A stretch of DNA of 64,000 bases from Calditrichales bacterium (GCA_965267575.1 OZ254086.1:608001-672000), one strand, 5' to 3'. Shown: positions 1-11,407, numbered from the stretch's first letter. Numbers and translations are program-made. Notes: generated from the sequence alone by a model not told the origin.

Positions 1-377
1 AAATCATAAGATTCACCAATGACATTTTCTTCTTTATTGGTAACGATTTTTTCGGTCAGATTGCCTTTTCGTCTGAGTACCTGAATTTCAAGATCATCAC
101 GATCCAGCACTTCGCTCACAGCGTCAATCTGGCTTTTTACTTTATTGTACCACACAGATTGATAATCTTCCGCACCTTTGATCAGCGCCAGCGCTTCAGC
201 GTCAACCAGCTTGGCGGTGGTCTGAGCCGTTTGTTCCAGGCCGTGCAGCTGCGTGTGCGTATCCCTGTTCTGCAAGGTTTCCCTTTCCAGGTACGCCCAG
301 ATCGCGATGAGTATCAGCGATGCCGGCAGCATATATTTCAGATAGGTCGTGAAGATTTTTATGCTTGTCTTGCCCAT
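1..377 (-). CDS. Membrane sensor protein, 5' part (probable methyl-accepting chemotaxis protein); runs off the window edge
   Basis: My translation from ATG at 377 (MGKTSIKIFTTYLKYMLPASLILIAIWAYLERE...) is open to position 1, with an N-terminal TM helix then a soluble domain. It lies directly downstream of cheW. No MCP signalling domain is visible. Confidence 0.5.
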   Translation of the reverse strand, partial: MGKTSIKIFTTYLKYMLPASLILIAIWAYLERETLQNRDTHTQLHGLEQTAQTTAKLVDAEALALIKGAEDYQSVWYNKVKSQIDAVSEVLDRDDLEIQVLRRKGNLTEKIVTNKEENVIGESYD

Positions 378-389
378 TATATCCCCGTT

Positions 390-857
390 CTAGCTGTATG
401 CGCCAATTTCACGGTTATCCAAAAGCGTCTCCAAATCCAGAAGGTAAACCTCACCCAGCGTTTTATGCTCAAAATAGCCGTTGCTGTAATTAACCAGCTC
501 CTTTTTCATATCGCGTGTGGGTACCTGAATTTTCGAGGCATCTACAGAAATAACGTCCAATACTTTCTCTACCAGCAGACCAAATGACTTCTTGTTATAC
601 TCGATAACAACAACAAAACTGTCATGCTTTACGCCGCGGCTTTCCGACAAATGCAAAATGCCGCGCACATCGATTACAGAATGGATCTGTCCGCGCAGAT
701 TAAAAACGCCCAGTATCGAGCCGGATACATTTGGTACACGCGTGATGCTTGGCAGCAATAAAACTTCCTGTACAAAATCCACTTCAATACCGAAATAGGT
801 CCCGGCTATATTAACAACGGAATAGCGATATTCCTTTAATGTCGTCCGTTCTTGCAC
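390..857 (-). CDS. cheW: CheW-family chemotaxis coupling protein
   Basis: Motifs FGIEVDFVQEV, ITRVPN..ILGVFNLRGQIHSVID, FGLLVEKV; GTG start. Confidence 0.9.
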   Translation of the reverse strand: MQERTTLKEYRYSVVNIAGTYFGIEVDFVQEVLLLPSITRVPNVSGSILGVFNLRGQIHSVIDVRGILHLSESRGVKHDSFVVVIEYNKKSFGLLVEKVLDVISVDASKIQVPTRDMKKELVNYSNGYFEHKTLGEVYLLDLETLLDNREIGAYS

Positions 858-871
858 CGTACAGATAACCG

Positions 872-1942
872 CTAACTTATAAGTTTCTTGACTTTGTCAA
901 CCAGGTCGTCGTCTTTAAATGGTTTGGGCAGAAACTCTTCGGCGCCCTCGGCCTTGGCATTTTCGATCATCTGCGGCGAGTCCTTGCCGGAAAGCATGAT
1001 AACCGGGATACCTTTGGAAGCTTTTATCGTCTTCAGGATTTCAATGCCGTTGATATCCGGCAGCATCATATCCAGGATAACAAGGTCCGGATTGAGGCGG
1101 TCTATGATATCCAGTCCCTCTTTACCGCTTACAGCCGTTTCTATCTTAAGCTCTTCTTCCTCCAGGGCGATCTCCACCATCTTGCGGATCACAAGGCTGT
1201 CATCAATAACAAGGATCTTTTTGTAGTCGCTGGTGTCAATTTCGGGCTCTTCTTCTGCAGGCGGCTCTTCTTCAGCCACCTCCGCTTCACCCGCATCCGC
1301 TTCTTCTTCGTCACCAAGGTTAAAGTTAAATTCCATTTCCTGGGAAATATCATCCTGAGCGTCGTCCTCAGGAATATTTATCTCGATTTTTTCCTCATCT
1401 TCGCCGGCAACTTCCTCTTCCACCGGTTCTTCTTCCGCCGTTTCTACCGCTTCTTCCTGTGGTTCTTCTTCGGCGGGTTCTTCCTCGCCCAGACCTTCCT
1501 CTTCCGCTTCGGCAATCAATTCGTCCAAAGCCTCTTCACCTTCATCTTCAGCGCTTTCTTCCTCCACTTCAGCGGCTGCGGTTTCCGTGGCTTCCTCTTC
1601 TTCAACTACCTCCGGCTCTTCCTCGCTCTCCGCGGCTTCTTCAGCTTCTTCTTCCACTGCTTCTTCCTGTGGCTCTTCCGCGATGGTTTCGCCTTCGTCT
1701 TCCGCCGGCGCCGTTTCCGCTTCTTCTTTGTCTTCCTCATCCGCCGGAAGAATAAGACCCTTTTCCACCAGTTTGGATACGGCCGCATTTACAGCGTCAT
1801 CATCGGCTTCGAGAACTTTACCAACCTCTTCGATCCGCGTATTTTTATTGACCATAAAAAGGACTTTCCAGGCCAGATAGGGCAACTTTACGGAACGGAT
1901 GAGTTCGTCCAGATTGTCTACTCGGTTATACTGCTTATCCAC
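872..1942 (-). CDS. Response regulator: N-terminal winged-helix-like domain, long Glu-rich linker, C-terminal REC domain
   Basis: C-terminal KILVIDD...LVILDMMLPDING...LSG...FLPKPF; central acidic low-complexity region. Confidence 0.85.
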   Translation of the reverse strand: MDKQYNRVDNLDELIRSVKLPYLAWKVLFMVNKNTRIEEVGKVLEADDDAVNAAVSKLVEKGLILPADEEDKEEAETAPAEDEGETIAEEPQEEAVEEEAEEAAESEEEPEVVEEEEATETAAAEVEEESAEDEGEEALDELIAEAEEEGLGEEEPAEEEPQEEAVETAEEEPVEEEVAGEDEEKIEINIPEDDAQDDISQEMEFNFNLGDEEEADAGEAEVAEEEPPAEEEPEIDTSDYKKILVIDDSLVIRKMVEIALEEEELKIETAVSGKEGLDIIDRLNPDLVILDMMLPDINGIEILKTIKASKGIPVIMLSGKDSPQMIENAKAEGAEEFLPKPFKDDDLVDKVKKLIS

Positions 1943-1954
1943 GCCAGAACCCTT

Positions 1955-2734
1955 TCACGCTAAATTTTTACTTTTCTCTTTTTGTAAAAGCTCTTCCGCC
2001 AGGTTTAAATAACTCACGGCACCGGGCGAATTTACGTCAAACAGAAGAGCCGGCTTTCCAACAGCCGGTGCCTCGCTTAATTTTGAATTTCTCGGTATCT
2101 GTGTTTCGAAAACCAATCCCTTGAAGCTTTTGCGCAGCTCCGTTGCGATTTCGTCGCTCTTCTTGATACGGCGATCAAACATTGTAATTAAAATACCTTC
2201 AATTTCAAGATCATTATTATACTGCTTGCCCAGGTTGCGTATCGCCTGTAAAAATTTGCCCAAGGAACGCAGCGAATAATATTCGCATTGGACCGGAATA
2301 ATCACGCTGTCGGCGCAGGCCAGTGCATTTCCGGTCAGTGTGCCCAGGTTCGGAGGACAATCAATTAATATATAATCGTACAATTCCGCGTAAGGCTTCA
2401 AAATATTGCTTAATAATCCCATGTCAAAGGCATTAGCAAACAATTCGATCTCTTCTTCGAAGCCTTTAACGTTAGAAGGCACTATTTCAAAATTTTCAAG
2501 CCCGATATCGGTTATTGCGCGGGCCAGCGGCACCTTTTTATGAAAAACATCAAAAATACCATACTTTACTTCATAAGCGTTCAAAAGAAAGGATTCCGCG
2601 ATGCTGCCCTGCGGGTCCAGGTCCACCACCAGCGTTTTTTGCTGGAATATCGTAAGACTGGCGCCCAGGTTTATTGATGTGGTTGTCTTTCCAACCCCTC
2701 CTTTTTGACTGGCTATGGCAATAATCTTACCCAT
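1955..2734 (-). CDS. ParA/Soj family ATPase
   Basis: Deviant Walker [33 protein letters not shown]. Confidence 0.92.
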   Translation of the reverse strand: MGKIIAIASQKGGVGKTTTSINLGASLTIFQQKTLVVDLDPQGSIAESFLLNAYEVKYGIFDVFHKKVPLARAITDIGLENFEIVPSNVKGFEEEIELFANAFDMGLLSNILKPYAELYDYILIDCPPNLGTLTGNALACADSVIIPVQCEYYSLRSLGKFLQAIRNLGKQYNNDLEIEGILITMFDRRIKKSDEIATELRKSFKGLVFETQIPRNSKLSEAPAVGKPALLFDVNSPGAVSYLNLAEELLQKEKSKNLA

Positions 2735-4397
2735 TTACGCCAGACTGATTTGAGCCTATTGGTATTTTAAGTGCGTTGCGCCGGGCACAATCAACGGCAA
2801 TCTCATAACCGGCATCTGCGTGACGAAATACGCCAAGGGCCGGATCATTCGTTAAAACCGCGCGGATGCGTTCGTGCATCATATCACTGCCGTCGGCCAC
2901 TACAACCTGGCCGGCATGTTGCGAAAGACCCATACCAACGCCGCCGCCATGGTGAAAAGAGACCCACGATGCGCCGGATGCCACGTTGGTCATTGCGTTA
3001 AGCAACGCCCAATCACTGATTGCATCACTGCCATCTTTCATGCTTTCTGTTTCACGGTTCGGCGAGGCAACGGAACCCGTATCCAAATGATCGCGCCCGA
3101 TGGCGACCGGTGCCTTTATTTCGCCTTTCCTGACCAGCTCGTTAATGGCCAGTCCCATCTTTTCGCGTTCGCCGTAACCAAGCCAGCATATGCGCGAAGG
3201 CAGACCCTGAAAATGCACTCTTTCCCGCGCCATGGAAATCCAGCGTTTCAAAGCTCTGTTTTCAGGAAACAAATCCAGGATTAAATCATCGGTGACGGCG
3301 ATATCATTCTTGTCCCCGGATAACGCCGCCCAGCGGAAAGGACCTTTACCTTCACAAAAAAGCGGCCGGATGTAAGCCGGAACAAATCCCGGATAGGAAA
3401 AGGCATTCTGCAAACCGGCTTTCTCTGCCTGCCCGCGCAGGTTATTACCGTAGTCAAAAGCGATCACACCACGCTCTTTCATATCAACCATTGCCCGGCA
3501 ATGCACGGTCATCGCGCGGTAGGCTTCTTTTATATACTTATCAGGGTCAGATCGCCGCAGTTCCAAAGCAGCGGAAAGGGGCATTCCATTGGGTACGTAG
3601 CCGTTGAGCTCATCATGTGCGGAAGTCTGGTCGGTAACGATGTCGGGCATCAGGTTGCGCTTAACCATCTCCGGCAAAATATCGGCCGCATTACCCAGCA
3701 AACCAACGGATAAACCTTTTTTGTTTTGGACAGCTTTTCGGCAAGCGGCCATGGCCTCGTCCAGGTCAAACGCGATTTCATCCAGATACCCAAATTCCTT
3801 GCGCTTATGGATGCGTTTTTCGTCCACCTCTATGCACAATGCCACACCGTTGTTCATGGTAACAGCCAGCGGCTGGGCGCCGCCCATTCCGCCAAGCCCG
3901 GCGGTTAATACCAATTTTCCGGACAGATCGTCCCAGCCATTTTGAGCAGCAATGGCGGCAAAAGTCTCATATGTTCCCTGCAGAATACCCTGCGTGCCGA
4001 TATATATCCAGCTGCCTGCTGTCATCTGTCCATACATGATGAGGCCTTTACGTTCAAGCTCACGGAATTTTTCCCAGGTGGCCCATTGCGGCACAAGGTT
4101 GGAGTTTGCAATCAGAACGGTGGGCGAATAGGCGTGCGTTTTTATAATACCTACAGGTTTGCCGCTCTGCACCAGCAGCGTCTGGTCGTCTTCAAGTTTT
4201 TTCAGAGAGGCCACAATTGCATCAAAAGCCTGCCAGTTGCGCGCCGCCTTGCCATTGCCACCGTATACAATAAGCTCGTCCGGATTTTCAGCAACATCGG
4301 GATCAAGGTTGTTCATTAGCATACGCATGGCGGCTTCCTGCTGCCATCCTTTACAGCTCAGCTGCGCGCCTCTTGGAGACCTGATTTCTCTTACCAT
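2727..4397 (-). CDS. hutU: Urocanate hydratase
   Basis: [49 protein letters not shown]. Confidence 0.97.
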   Translation of the reverse strand: MVREIRSPRGAQLSCKGWQQEAAMRMLMNNLDPDVAENPDELIVYGGNGKAARNWQAFDAIVASLKKLEDDQTLLVQSGKPVGIIKTHAYSPTVLIANSNLVPQWATWEKFRELERKGLIMYGQMTAGSWIYIGTQGILQGTYETFAAIAAQNGWDDLSGKLVLTAGLGGMGGAQPLAVTMNNGVALCIEVDEKRIHKRKEFGYLDEIAFDLDEAMAACRKAVQNKKGLSVGLLGNAADILPEMVKRNLMPDIVTDQTSAHDELNGYVPNGMPLSAALELRRSDPDKYIKEAYRAMTVHCRAMVDMKERGVIAFDYGNNLRGQAEKAGLQNAFSYPGFVPAYIRPLFCEGKGPFRWAALSGDKNDIAVTDDLILDLFPENRALKRWISMARERVHFQGLPSRICWLGYGEREKMGLAINELVRKGEIKAPVAIGRDHLDTGSVASPNRETESMKDGSDAISDWALLNAMTNVASGASWVSFHHGGGVGMGLSQHAGQVVVADGSDMMHERIRAVLTNDPALGVFRHADAGYEIAVDCARRNALKIPIGSNQSGVNG

Positions 4398-4406
4398 TAT
4401 TAACCT

Positions 4407-5453
4407 TTATGGCAATTTTCCAAGTAAATGAGAGTTTTTTCTTAACAAAGTAAATGAAAATACAGAATATCCGCCAAACTTGCTATTTTCAATAAATGCT
4501 ATTCTTTTTTGAAATTCGCTGCTGGAAATGTTGTGCAATGAAGCACCCACCCAAATGCGGTCTTCCATATTCGTCGACCCGGCAAGCGTTAAACTTTGAT
4601 AAAATTGTTCATTATCCGGTGCGTAGTTCATCAGCACAACAAAGTCACACAAATCTTCGCTCAGCCAGCGAACCCAGTGCTGGTAAAAGCGGATCTTTGA
4701 CAGAACCGGATGGGCTTTAACGGCAATCGACAGTTTGTAATCTGGGTTCAGCGATTTTACTGACTTCCTGATCTCTGACAGGGACGCGGCTATTTCATCA
4801 TGCAAAAAACCGCGATAAAAATCTATATTAGATTGCCCCGCGATTATTTGCGGATCGTATCCATAGCGAAGCATAAACCGACTGCGCAAAGTGCCCGAGA
4901 GTGGTAATTGGAATTCCGGGTAGCGGAAGTAGTCCAAATGGAAACCGTCCACTTTGTACTTGTCGCTTATCTCTTTCATAACATTTTGTATTTCAGCAAG
5001 ATTAGCTTCATCATTAGGTTCAAGAAAAAGCCCTTCGGCCGCCCGGGCATTTAAATTCGCACGGTCCCGGACGTTGGCATACTCTGCTCTGTAAACAATA
5101 TGATTATTTTCTGAGGGATTGCCTTTGCGCCCCCACACAAAGCATACGTTAAGCCAGGCATAGACTTTAATACCGCGTTCTCTGGCTTTTTCAATAACGG
5201 CTTTAATTACCCGTTCATCATCATTTTGTGAAAGATGGTTGCTATGCGGATAGAAAACATACCCGAGTGCGCGCATTTGCAAAAAAAGCGTATTACAACC
5301 GGATCGTTCGATTATGTCTACCAATTCATCCGGGTTTTTCTCGAACACAAAATCGCGCACAACCCAGATGGCTTTGCCTTTCTGATTGTCGGCGGGAAGG
5401 AGCCCGGGTAGGAATAACAGAGAAAAAAGAATTGCCCATAATTTTGTCTTCAT
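4407..5453 (-). CDS. Secreted glycoside hydrolase-like protein (GHL10/DUF187 family)
   Basis: Signal peptide from MKTKLWAIL (start moved to 5453); GIKVYAW and DGFHLDYFRYP motifs. Confidence 0.75.
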   Translation of the reverse strand: MKTKLWAILFSLLFLPGLLPADNQKGKAIWVVRDFVFEKNPDELVDIIERSGCNTLFLQMRALGYVFYPHSNHLSQNDDERVIKAVIEKARERGIKVYAWLNVCFVWGRKGNPSENNHIVYRAEYANVRDRANLNARAAEGLFLEPNDEANLAEIQNVMKEISDKYKVDGFHLDYFRYPEFQLPLSGTLRSRFMLRYGYDPQIIAGQSNIDFYRGFLHDEIAASLSEIRKSVKSLNPDYKLSIAVKAHPVLSKIRFYQHWVRWLSEDLCDFVVLMNYAPDNEQFYQSLTLAGSTNMEDRIWVGASLHNISSSEFQKRIAFIENSKFGGYSVFSFTLLRKNSHLLGKLP

Positions 5454-5527
5454 AGGCTTGCCGGTTTTAATTAAGAGCAATAAAAATATAGGTTTAGCAC
5501 AAACTGTATGCAAGGAGCAGCATAAAC

Positions 5528-5560
5528 AAAAAAAGGGTTACCTCTAACGAGACAACCCTT
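5528..5560 (-). terminator. Rho-independent terminator ending the ribosomal superoperon
   Basis: Minus strand AAGGGTTGTCTC-GTTA-GAGGTAACCC-TTTTTTT just after rplQ. Confidence 0.85.
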
Positions 5561-5583
5561 AAATTATCAATTCAGAAAGAAGA

Positions 5584-6054
5584 TTATTCTTCTTTTTTGC
5601 TTTCTGCTTTTTCAGCTTCAGCCGGAGCCGGCTCCTGCTCTTTGGCCTTACGGCTCTTCTTAGAAGACTGTGCCGGTTTTTCCTTAGTGGTCACACCGCT
5701 AAAATCCACAAGCTCAAGCCTGCTGATCGATGCAGCGTCGCCAGCGCGCAAGCCCAGTTTGGTGATGCGCGTATAACCGCCGTTGCGCTCGGCAATGGCC
5801 GGGGCAATTTCATCAAATAGGATTTTTACTGCTTCTTTGTTCTGGAGCAGCTTAAAAGCCAGGCGGCGATGATGAACGGAACCTTTCTTTGCGTAAGTCA
5901 AAACGCGCTCGGCAAAACGCCGCGACTCCATCGCTTTGGCATGCGTCGTCTTGATCGCCTTATGTTCGATAAGGCTTATAACCAGATTGCGCAGTAAAGC
6001 CTTTCTGTGACTCGTTGTGCGTCCTAAATGACTGCCTTTTTTATTGTGCCTCAT
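5584..6054 (-). CDS. rplQ: 50S ribosomal protein L17 (with C-terminal extension)
   Basis: MRH..LGRTTSHRKALLRNL, RNGGYTRI. Confidence 0.97.
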   Translation of the reverse strand: MRHNKKGSHLGRTTSHRKALLRNLVISLIEHKAIKTTHAKAMESRRFAERVLTYAKKGSVHHRRLAFKLLQNKEAVKILFDEIAPAIAERNGGYTRITKLGLRAGDAASISRLELVDFSGVTTKEKPAQSSKKSRKAKEQEPAPAEAEKAESKKEE

Positions 6055-6079
6055 TTTTTATCTATCCTTTGAATTGGGC

Positions 6080-7066
6080 CTATTTCTCTTCGGTCTTTAC
6101 GTATTTATCAACGTTCATACCAAAGTGAAGACCTCTCTCTTCCAATATTTTGCCTAATTCCATTAAAGACTTGCGGCCAAAGTTTTTAAACTTCAACATT
6201 TCGGACTCTTCACGGCGTACAAGGTCACCGATGGTCTTGATATTTGCAGCTTTAAGACAGTTGTGCGAACGAACAGAAAGCTCAAGTTCGTCAACGCTCA
6301 TCTTAAGCAGCTTCTTAATACGCAGCGTTTCCTCATCAATTTCCTGCTGTTCCTCATCTTCAGTATCAATATCAAAATTGATAAACAGCTGGATATGATC
6401 TTTAAGGATCTTACCACTATAGGTAAGTGCTTCGTCGGGCGTAATGCTTCCGTCGGTTTCGATCTCGAGAATAAGCTTTTCGAAATCCGTACGCTGACCC
6501 ACACGTGTATTATCCACTTCATATCGCACATTCAGGATCGGCGAGAAAATCGCGTCTATCGGGATTACACCGATAGGCTGATCAGTCTCCTTGTTTTCCT
6601 CGGCAGTAGCATACCCGCGGCCTTTACCAATGCGCAGCTCGATGTCGAGATGGGCATCTTCATTCAGGCTGGCTATGTGCTGATCGGGATTAAGCACTTC
6701 AAAATCGTTGGTGTTATCCTGGATGACCTTGGCATTAAAATCCAGCGGGCCCTTCAAAGTCAGATTCACTTTGTCCGGTCGCTTATTTAAAAGCCGGATA
6801 CGCACCTGTTTCAGGTTGAGGATAAATTCGGTCATATCCTCATAAACGCCATCGATTTGCGTAAATTCGTGCTGTATATCGTTTATTTTAACCGCAGTTA
6901 TGGCAGAGCCATGCAGAGACGACAGCAAAACGCGTCTGAACATGTTACCAATCGTAACGCCATAACCCTTTTCGAGTGGTTGTATAATAAAACGCCCGAA
7001 TGTATTGCTGTAACTGGCTTCATCCAGCTCAATTCTTTCAGGCATTGTCAAATTGGACCAGCTCAT
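6080..7066 (-). CDS. rpoA: RNA polymerase alpha subunit
   Basis: PLEKGYGVTIGN, alpha-CTD LELSVRSHNCLK..NFGRKSL. Confidence 0.98.
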   Translation of the reverse strand: MSWSNLTMPERIELDEASYSNTFGRFIIQPLEKGYGVTIGNMFRRVLLSSLHGSAITAVKINDIQHEFTQIDGVYEDMTEFILNLKQVRIRLLNKRPDKVNLTLKGPLDFNAKVIQDNTNDFEVLNPDQHIASLNEDAHLDIELRIGKGRGYATAEENKETDQPIGVIPIDAIFSPILNVRYEVDNTRVGQRTDFEKLILEIETDGSITPDEALTYSGKILKDHIQLFINFDIDTEDEEQQEIDEETLRIKKLLKMSVDELELSVRSHNCLKAANIKTIGDLVRREESEMLKFKNFGRKSLMELGKILEERGLHFGMNVDKYVKTEEK

Positions 7067-7092
7067 TATTCACCTTTTTTAATTATTCAAAT

Positions 7093-7707
7093 TTACTTGG
7101 AGTACAACTCCACTATCATGCTTTCCTGAATGTTAACCGGAATTTCATCGCGGTTCGGAGCATACAGGTATTCTCCGGAAAGCTTGGCTTTATCAAGTTT
7201 AAGCCAGGGATACATATTGTCCGCCCTTACCTTTTTCAAAGATTCGTGAAATACCGAAAGACGACGGCTTTTTTCACGCACCTGAATACTGTCACCGGCG
7301 CTCAAAACGAAAGACGGTATGTTCACAACCTGGTTGTTAACCGTGATATGCTTATGTAAAACAAGCTGACGGGCCTGAGACCTTGATGTCGCCAAACCTA
7401 GCCTGAACACGGTATTATCAAGACGGCTTTCCAGAAGCAACAGAAGGTTTTCGCCGGTTACGCCCTTCATGCGTTCGGCTCTTTTGAAGTACCTGCGGAA
7501 CTGCTTTTCCAAAAGGCCATACATGATTTTCAGTTTTTGCTTTTCCTTAAGCTGAATCCCGTAGTCAGATACTTTCTTCCGCGCCATGCCGTGTTGTCCC
7601 GGCGGATATGGCTTATTGTTCAGAAGCTTGTCAAACTTGGGATTACCAAAAATGTTTTCACCAAATTTACGGACTAATTTACCGCGTGGTCCTGTATATC
7701 GTGCCAT
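7093..7707 (-). CDS. rpsD: 30S ribosomal protein S4
   Basis: MARYTGP, PPGQHG, LESRLDN, IVELYSK. Confidence 0.98.
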   Translation of the reverse strand: MARYTGPRGKLVRKFGENIFGNPKFDKLLNNKPYPPGQHGMARKKVSDYGIQLKEKQKLKIMYGLLEKQFRRYFKRAERMKGVTGENLLLLLESRLDNTVFRLGLATSRSQARQLVLHKHITVNNQVVNIPSFVLSAGDSIQVREKSRRLSVFHESLKKVRADNMYPWLKLDKAKLSGEYLYAPNRDEIPVNIQESMIVELYSK

Positions 7708-7727
7708 TCAATTAAACTCCGATTCGT

Positions 7728-8123
7728 TTAAACACGTCTCTTTTTCGGCGGACGGCAGCCATTGTGAGGGATAGGAGTCACATCCTTAATGGAAATAACT
7801 TCGAGGCCGGCTGCCTGCAGCGAGCGAATAGCCGCTTCACGGCCGGAACCGGGTCCCTTCACCTCAATATCAATCGTCTTTAAACCCATGTCGATTGCTG
7901 TTTTGGCAGCATTCTCCGCAGCAACCTGCGCAGCGTAAGGCGTGTTTTTCCGGGATCCTTTAAAACCCACCTTACCGGCGGTCGCCCAGGAAACAACATT
8001 GCCATAGCTGTCGGACAGACTGACGGTCGTATTGTTAAAGGTCGATTTGATGTGCGCTTTGCCGTGTGGCTCAACGGTTTTCTTTTTAACTTTTTTTCTG
8101 GTTTGTTTTTTAGGTGCAGCCAA
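7728..8123 (-). CDS. rpsK: 30S ribosomal protein S11
   Basis: [34 protein letters not shown] start. Confidence 0.98.
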   Translation of the reverse strand: MAAPKKQTRKKVKKKTVEPHGKAHIKSTFNNTTVSLSDSYGNVVSWATAGKVGFKGSRKNTPYAAQVAAENAAKTAIDMGLKTIDIEVKGPGSGREAAIRSLQAAGLEVISIKDVTPIPHNGCRPPKKRRV

Positions 8124-8141
8124 GGCTAACCTCCACTAAAC

Positions 8142-8510
8142 TTATTTCTTTTTTCCACCGACTGCACGACGGCGTCCCTTGCGCGTACGTGCATTTGTTT
8201 TTGTGCGCTGACCGCGTACGGGAAGACCACGGTGATGGCGATATCCGCGGGTCGAGTTGATGTCCATCAGGCGCTTAATGTTCATCTGAACTTCGCTTTT
8301 GAGGGCACCCTCCACCTTAAACTCATCCTGGATCACTTTGCGAATTTTACTTACTTCTTCTTCGCTAAGATCGTTGACCCGGGTATTTACATCCACGGAA
8401 CACTTATCACAGATAGCTTGCGCCGTCGCTTTCCCGATACCGTAAATGTAGGTTAAACCGATCAACACGCGCTTATTTTTTGGTAAATCTACACCTGCTA
8501 TACGTGCCAA
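8142..8510 (-). CDS. rpsM: 30S ribosomal protein S13
   Basis: [31 protein letters not shown] start. Confidence 0.98.
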   Translation of the reverse strand: MARIAGVDLPKNKRVLIGLTYIYGIGKATAQAICDKCSVDVNTRVNDLSEEEVSKIRKVIQDEFKVEGALKSEVQMNIKRLMDINSTRGYRHHRGLPVRGQRTKTNARTRKGRRRAVGGKKK

Positions 8511-8535
8511 CTTTTACTCCTAAACTTTAAAACTT

Positions 8536-8652
8536 TTAACCCTGGCGCTGCTTATGGCGCGGATTTTTTTTGCAAATTACCCGCACAACACCACGCCTGC
8601 GGATTATTTTACATCCGTCGCAGATACGCTTTACTGAAGGTTGTACTTTCAT
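8536..8652 (-). CDS. rpmJ: 50S ribosomal protein L36 (Zn-binding form; absent from ORF track)
   Basis: My translation: [38 protein letters not shown]. Confidence 0.96.
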   Translation of the reverse strand: MKVQPSVKRICDGCKIIRRRGVVRVICKKNPRHKQRQG

Positions 8653-8664
8653 CATTTACCCTTG

Positions 8665-8886
8665 CTATTTATATCGGTAAACGATACGACCACGTGTCAA
8701 ATCATAAGGAGAAAGCTCCATACTTACTTTGTCACCCGGAAGTATCTTGATAAAATGCATCCTCATTTTACCGGAAATATAGGCCAGGACTTCGTGGCCG
8801 TTTTCCAGTGTTACAATGAAAGACGCATTTGGTAACGTCTCTTTTATAATTCCGTCAACGCGAATTGCTTCTTGCTTTTTAGCCAA
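8665..8886 (-). CDS. infA: Translation initiation factor IF-1
   Basis: [35 protein letters not shown]. Confidence 0.98.
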   Translation of the reverse strand: MAKKQEAIRVDGIIKETLPNASFIVTLENGHEVLAYISGKMRMHFIKILPGDKVSMELSPYDLTRGRIVYRYK

Positions 8887-8908
8887 GAAAACCTCTTGTT
8901 TTATACTA

Positions 8909-10234
8909 CTATCTTCTGCCCTTTATAGCACCGGATTTCATAAAGCCTTCATAGTGTCGCTCAAACAGCTGAGATTCGATCTGCTGCAGAAAGTCGAGCG
9001 CGACACCAACAATGATAAGCAGTCCGGTACCGCCGAAAAACTGTGCCAAACTAAAAGGCACGTTAGCCCATTTGTTTAGCATTGCCGGGATAATCGCAAC
9101 AATCGCCAAAAATATGGAGGCAGGTAATGTAATACGTGTAAGAATATTATCCAAAAATTCTGCGGTCTTTTTACCTGGCCTCACACCCGGAATAAAACCA
9201 CCCTGTTTTTTTAGATTGTCAGCCACATCCGTTGGGTTTAATGCAATCGCCGTGTAAAAATAGGTAAAGAAGACAATCATTAAACCGTATACGATCCAAT
9301 AGACCCAGGAGTCCATGGAGAACCAGCCCTGAACCATGAGCATAAAATCATTCTCGGGCGCAAACGTTAGCACGGTGGTTGGCACAAACATCAATGCCTG
9401 TGCAAAAATAATGGGCATTACACCGGCTGTATTCACTTTCATCGGGAAGTGTGTCTGTACGCCACCGTAAACTTTACGGCCTACTACGCGCTTGGCGTAC
9501 TGCACAGGAATTTTTCGCGTTCCTTGCGTGAGAAGAACAACCACGTAGATAATGCCAAATGCAACAGCCGCCAAAATCACCTCAAAAAGAAGCGTTCTTT
9601 GTCCGGAAGAGAATTGTACCCACTCCTCTGTAAGCGCCTGTGGCAGTGCCGCGATGATTCCGATAAAAATAATCAGTGAAATACCATTTCCTATACCGCG
9701 ATCATCAATCTGTTCTCCAAGCCACATAATGAGCATCGTCCCGGATGCCATTGATATCATCGTTAACAGAATAAAGGGCACACCCGGGTCAGGAACAGCC
9801 AGTCTACCGTCGGGCAACTGTATACTCTGCAAAAAGATTGCGACCCCGGCCGCCTGCGCGAGAGAAATACCCAAAGTCCCATAACGCGTATACTGAATAA
9901 TCTTTTTACGGCCTTCATCACCTTCTCTTTGCAGCTTTTGAAAATAAGGAAATACGGCACCCAGAAGCTGAATGATAATCGAAGCGCTGATGTAAGGCAT
10001 TATGCCCAGTCCGAAAAGCGCCGCCTTGCTGAACGCGCCGCCTGCAAACAAGTCGTATAATCCAAAAAGCGTTCCCTGCAGGTTACGAAATCCTTCCGTA
10101 AGTGCTGCTGTGTCAATTCCAGGCGTTACAATGTGCGTACCAATACGCTCAATGCCCAAAATCATCAGGGTAAAAAGAATTCTTTTGCGCAGTTCCGCTA
10201 TTTTGAAAACGTTTCGAAAGGTCTGGAAGATCAT
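8909..10234 (-). CDS. secY: Preprotein translocase subunit SecY
   Basis: [35 protein letters not shown]. Confidence 0.98.
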   Translation of the reverse strand: MIFQTFRNVFKIAELRKRILFTLMILGIERIGTHIVTPGIDTAALTEGFRNLQGTLFGLYDLFAGGAFSKAALFGLGIMPYISASIIIQLLGAVFPYFQKLQREGDEGRKKIIQYTRYGTLGISLAQAAGVAIFLQSIQLPDGRLAVPDPGVPFILLTMISMASGTMLIMWLGEQIDDRGIGNGISLIIFIGIIAALPQALTEEWVQFSSGQRTLLFEVILAAVAFGIIYVVVLLTQGTRKIPVQYAKRVVGRKVYGGVQTHFPMKVNTAGVMPIIFAQALMFVPTTVLTFAPENDFMLMVQGWFSMDSWVYWIVYGLMIVFFTYFYTAIALNPTDVADNLKKQGGFIPGVRPGKKTAEFLDNILTRITLPASIFLAIVAIIPAMLNKWANVPFSLAQFFGGTGLLIIVGVALDFLQQIESQLFERHYEGFMKSGAIKGRR

Positions 10235-10668
10235 ATCAGCGTTACCGAGCCTCCTGCTTTTTCAATCTTTTCCCTGGCAGATTTGCTGATGGCATTTACG
10301 GTTACATCAACTTTTTTGCTTATCTCACCTGTGCCAAGGACCTTAACCGGCCCGCGCTGGCGACGTATAAGCTTTTTTCCGTAAAGCACTTCAGGCGTAA
10401 TTTCATTGACGTCGAGTTCGGCAAGCTCACTCACGTTAACAACCTGATAGACCACCTTGTTGATATTTGTAAATCCGAATTTGGGCAAGCGCCTTTGCAG
10501 AGGCATCTGTCCGCCTTCGAACCATGCGCGTTTTTTGGAACCGGCGCGCGAGCCATAACCTTTATGTCCGCGTCCTGCGGTTACTCCAAGACCGGAACCT
10601 TCACCGCGTCCGCGTCTTTTCCGGTTTTTTGTTGATCCCGGATTTGGCTTTAGTGTTTTTAAATCCAT
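10231..10668 (-). CDS. rplO: 50S ribosomal protein L15
   Basis: FEGGQMPLQRRLPKFGF. Confidence 0.98.
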   Translation of the reverse strand: MDLKTLKPNPGSTKNRKRRGRGEGSGLGVTAGRGHKGYGSRAGSKKRAWFEGGQMPLQRRLPKFGFTNINKVVYQVVNVSELAELDVNEITPEVLYGKKLIRRQRGPVKVLGTGEISKKVDVTVNAISKSAREKIEKAGGSVTLI

Positions 10669-10688
10669 AATTCTGAAGCTTCCTGGTT

Positions 10689-10883
10689 CTAGTTAACCTC
10701 TTCAACGGATACCAAATGCTCCACCTTGCGGATCATGCCTTCGATCTGCGGTGTCGCATCATGTACTACCGTTTGATGCATTTTTTTTAATCCCAGGGCG
10801 ACAAGCGTCTGTTTTTGGCTCTTGTGAAAACCAATGCCGCTCTTAACCTGGGTAATTTTCAATTGACCTTTTTTCTTTGCCAT
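10689..10883 (-). CDS. rpmD: 50S ribosomal protein L30
   Basis: [21 protein letters not shown]; spc operon position. Confidence 0.95.
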   Translation of the reverse strand: MAKKKGQLKITQVKSGIGFHKSQKQTLVALGLKKMHQTVVHDATPQIEGMIRKVEHLVSVEEVN

Positions 10884-10900
10884 CTTCTTTTCCTTCGCCG

Positions 10901-11407
10901 TTAGCCGTGAAACAATTGACCGAGCGACAGCCCGCGATTTTTCGCTACGGTTTCAGCGCTCATCATGTCACGAAGCGCTTTAAAAGTAGCTTTGCTCAGG
11001 TTGTGCGGATTAGAAGACCCGTTCGACTTGGTCAGGATATTCTGCACACCGGCCATCTCGACGATAGCTCTTACAGCCCCGCCTGCGATAACACCTGTAC
11101 CGGGCGCCGCGGGCTTTAGAACAACCTTTGCCGCTCCGAAACGTGCAATAACCGGGTAAGGTATTGTACCTTCCAGCAAAGCAATACGAACCAGGTTTTT
11201 CTTGGCCTGCTCCGTCGCCTTGGAAATGGCGTTGATCACCTCATTGGCTTTGCCCAGGCCCAATCCGACAATACCGTTCCCGTCTCCCACAACCACAATG
11301 GCGTTAAACGAGAAACGGCGGCCGCCTTTAAGCACCTTGGCAACACGGTTGATGTAAACGACTTTTTCCTTTAAATCCAATTCGCTTGGATTGATTCGTT
11401 CCAGCAC
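10901..11407 (-). CDS. rpsE: 30S ribosomal protein S5
   Basis: [27 protein letters not shown]. Confidence 0.98.
   Translation of the reverse strand: MLERINPSELDLKEKVVYINRVAKVLKGGRRFSFNAIVVVGDGNGIVGLGLGKANEVINAISKATEQAKKNLVRIALLEGTIPYPVIARFGAAKVVLKPAAPGTGVIAGGAVRAIVEMAGVQNILTKSNGSSNPHNLSKATFKALRDMMSAETVAKNRGLSLGQLFHG

Noticed and set aside
159-587. 142-aa + strand ORF
   Set aside because: Antisense to cheW and the probable MCP gene
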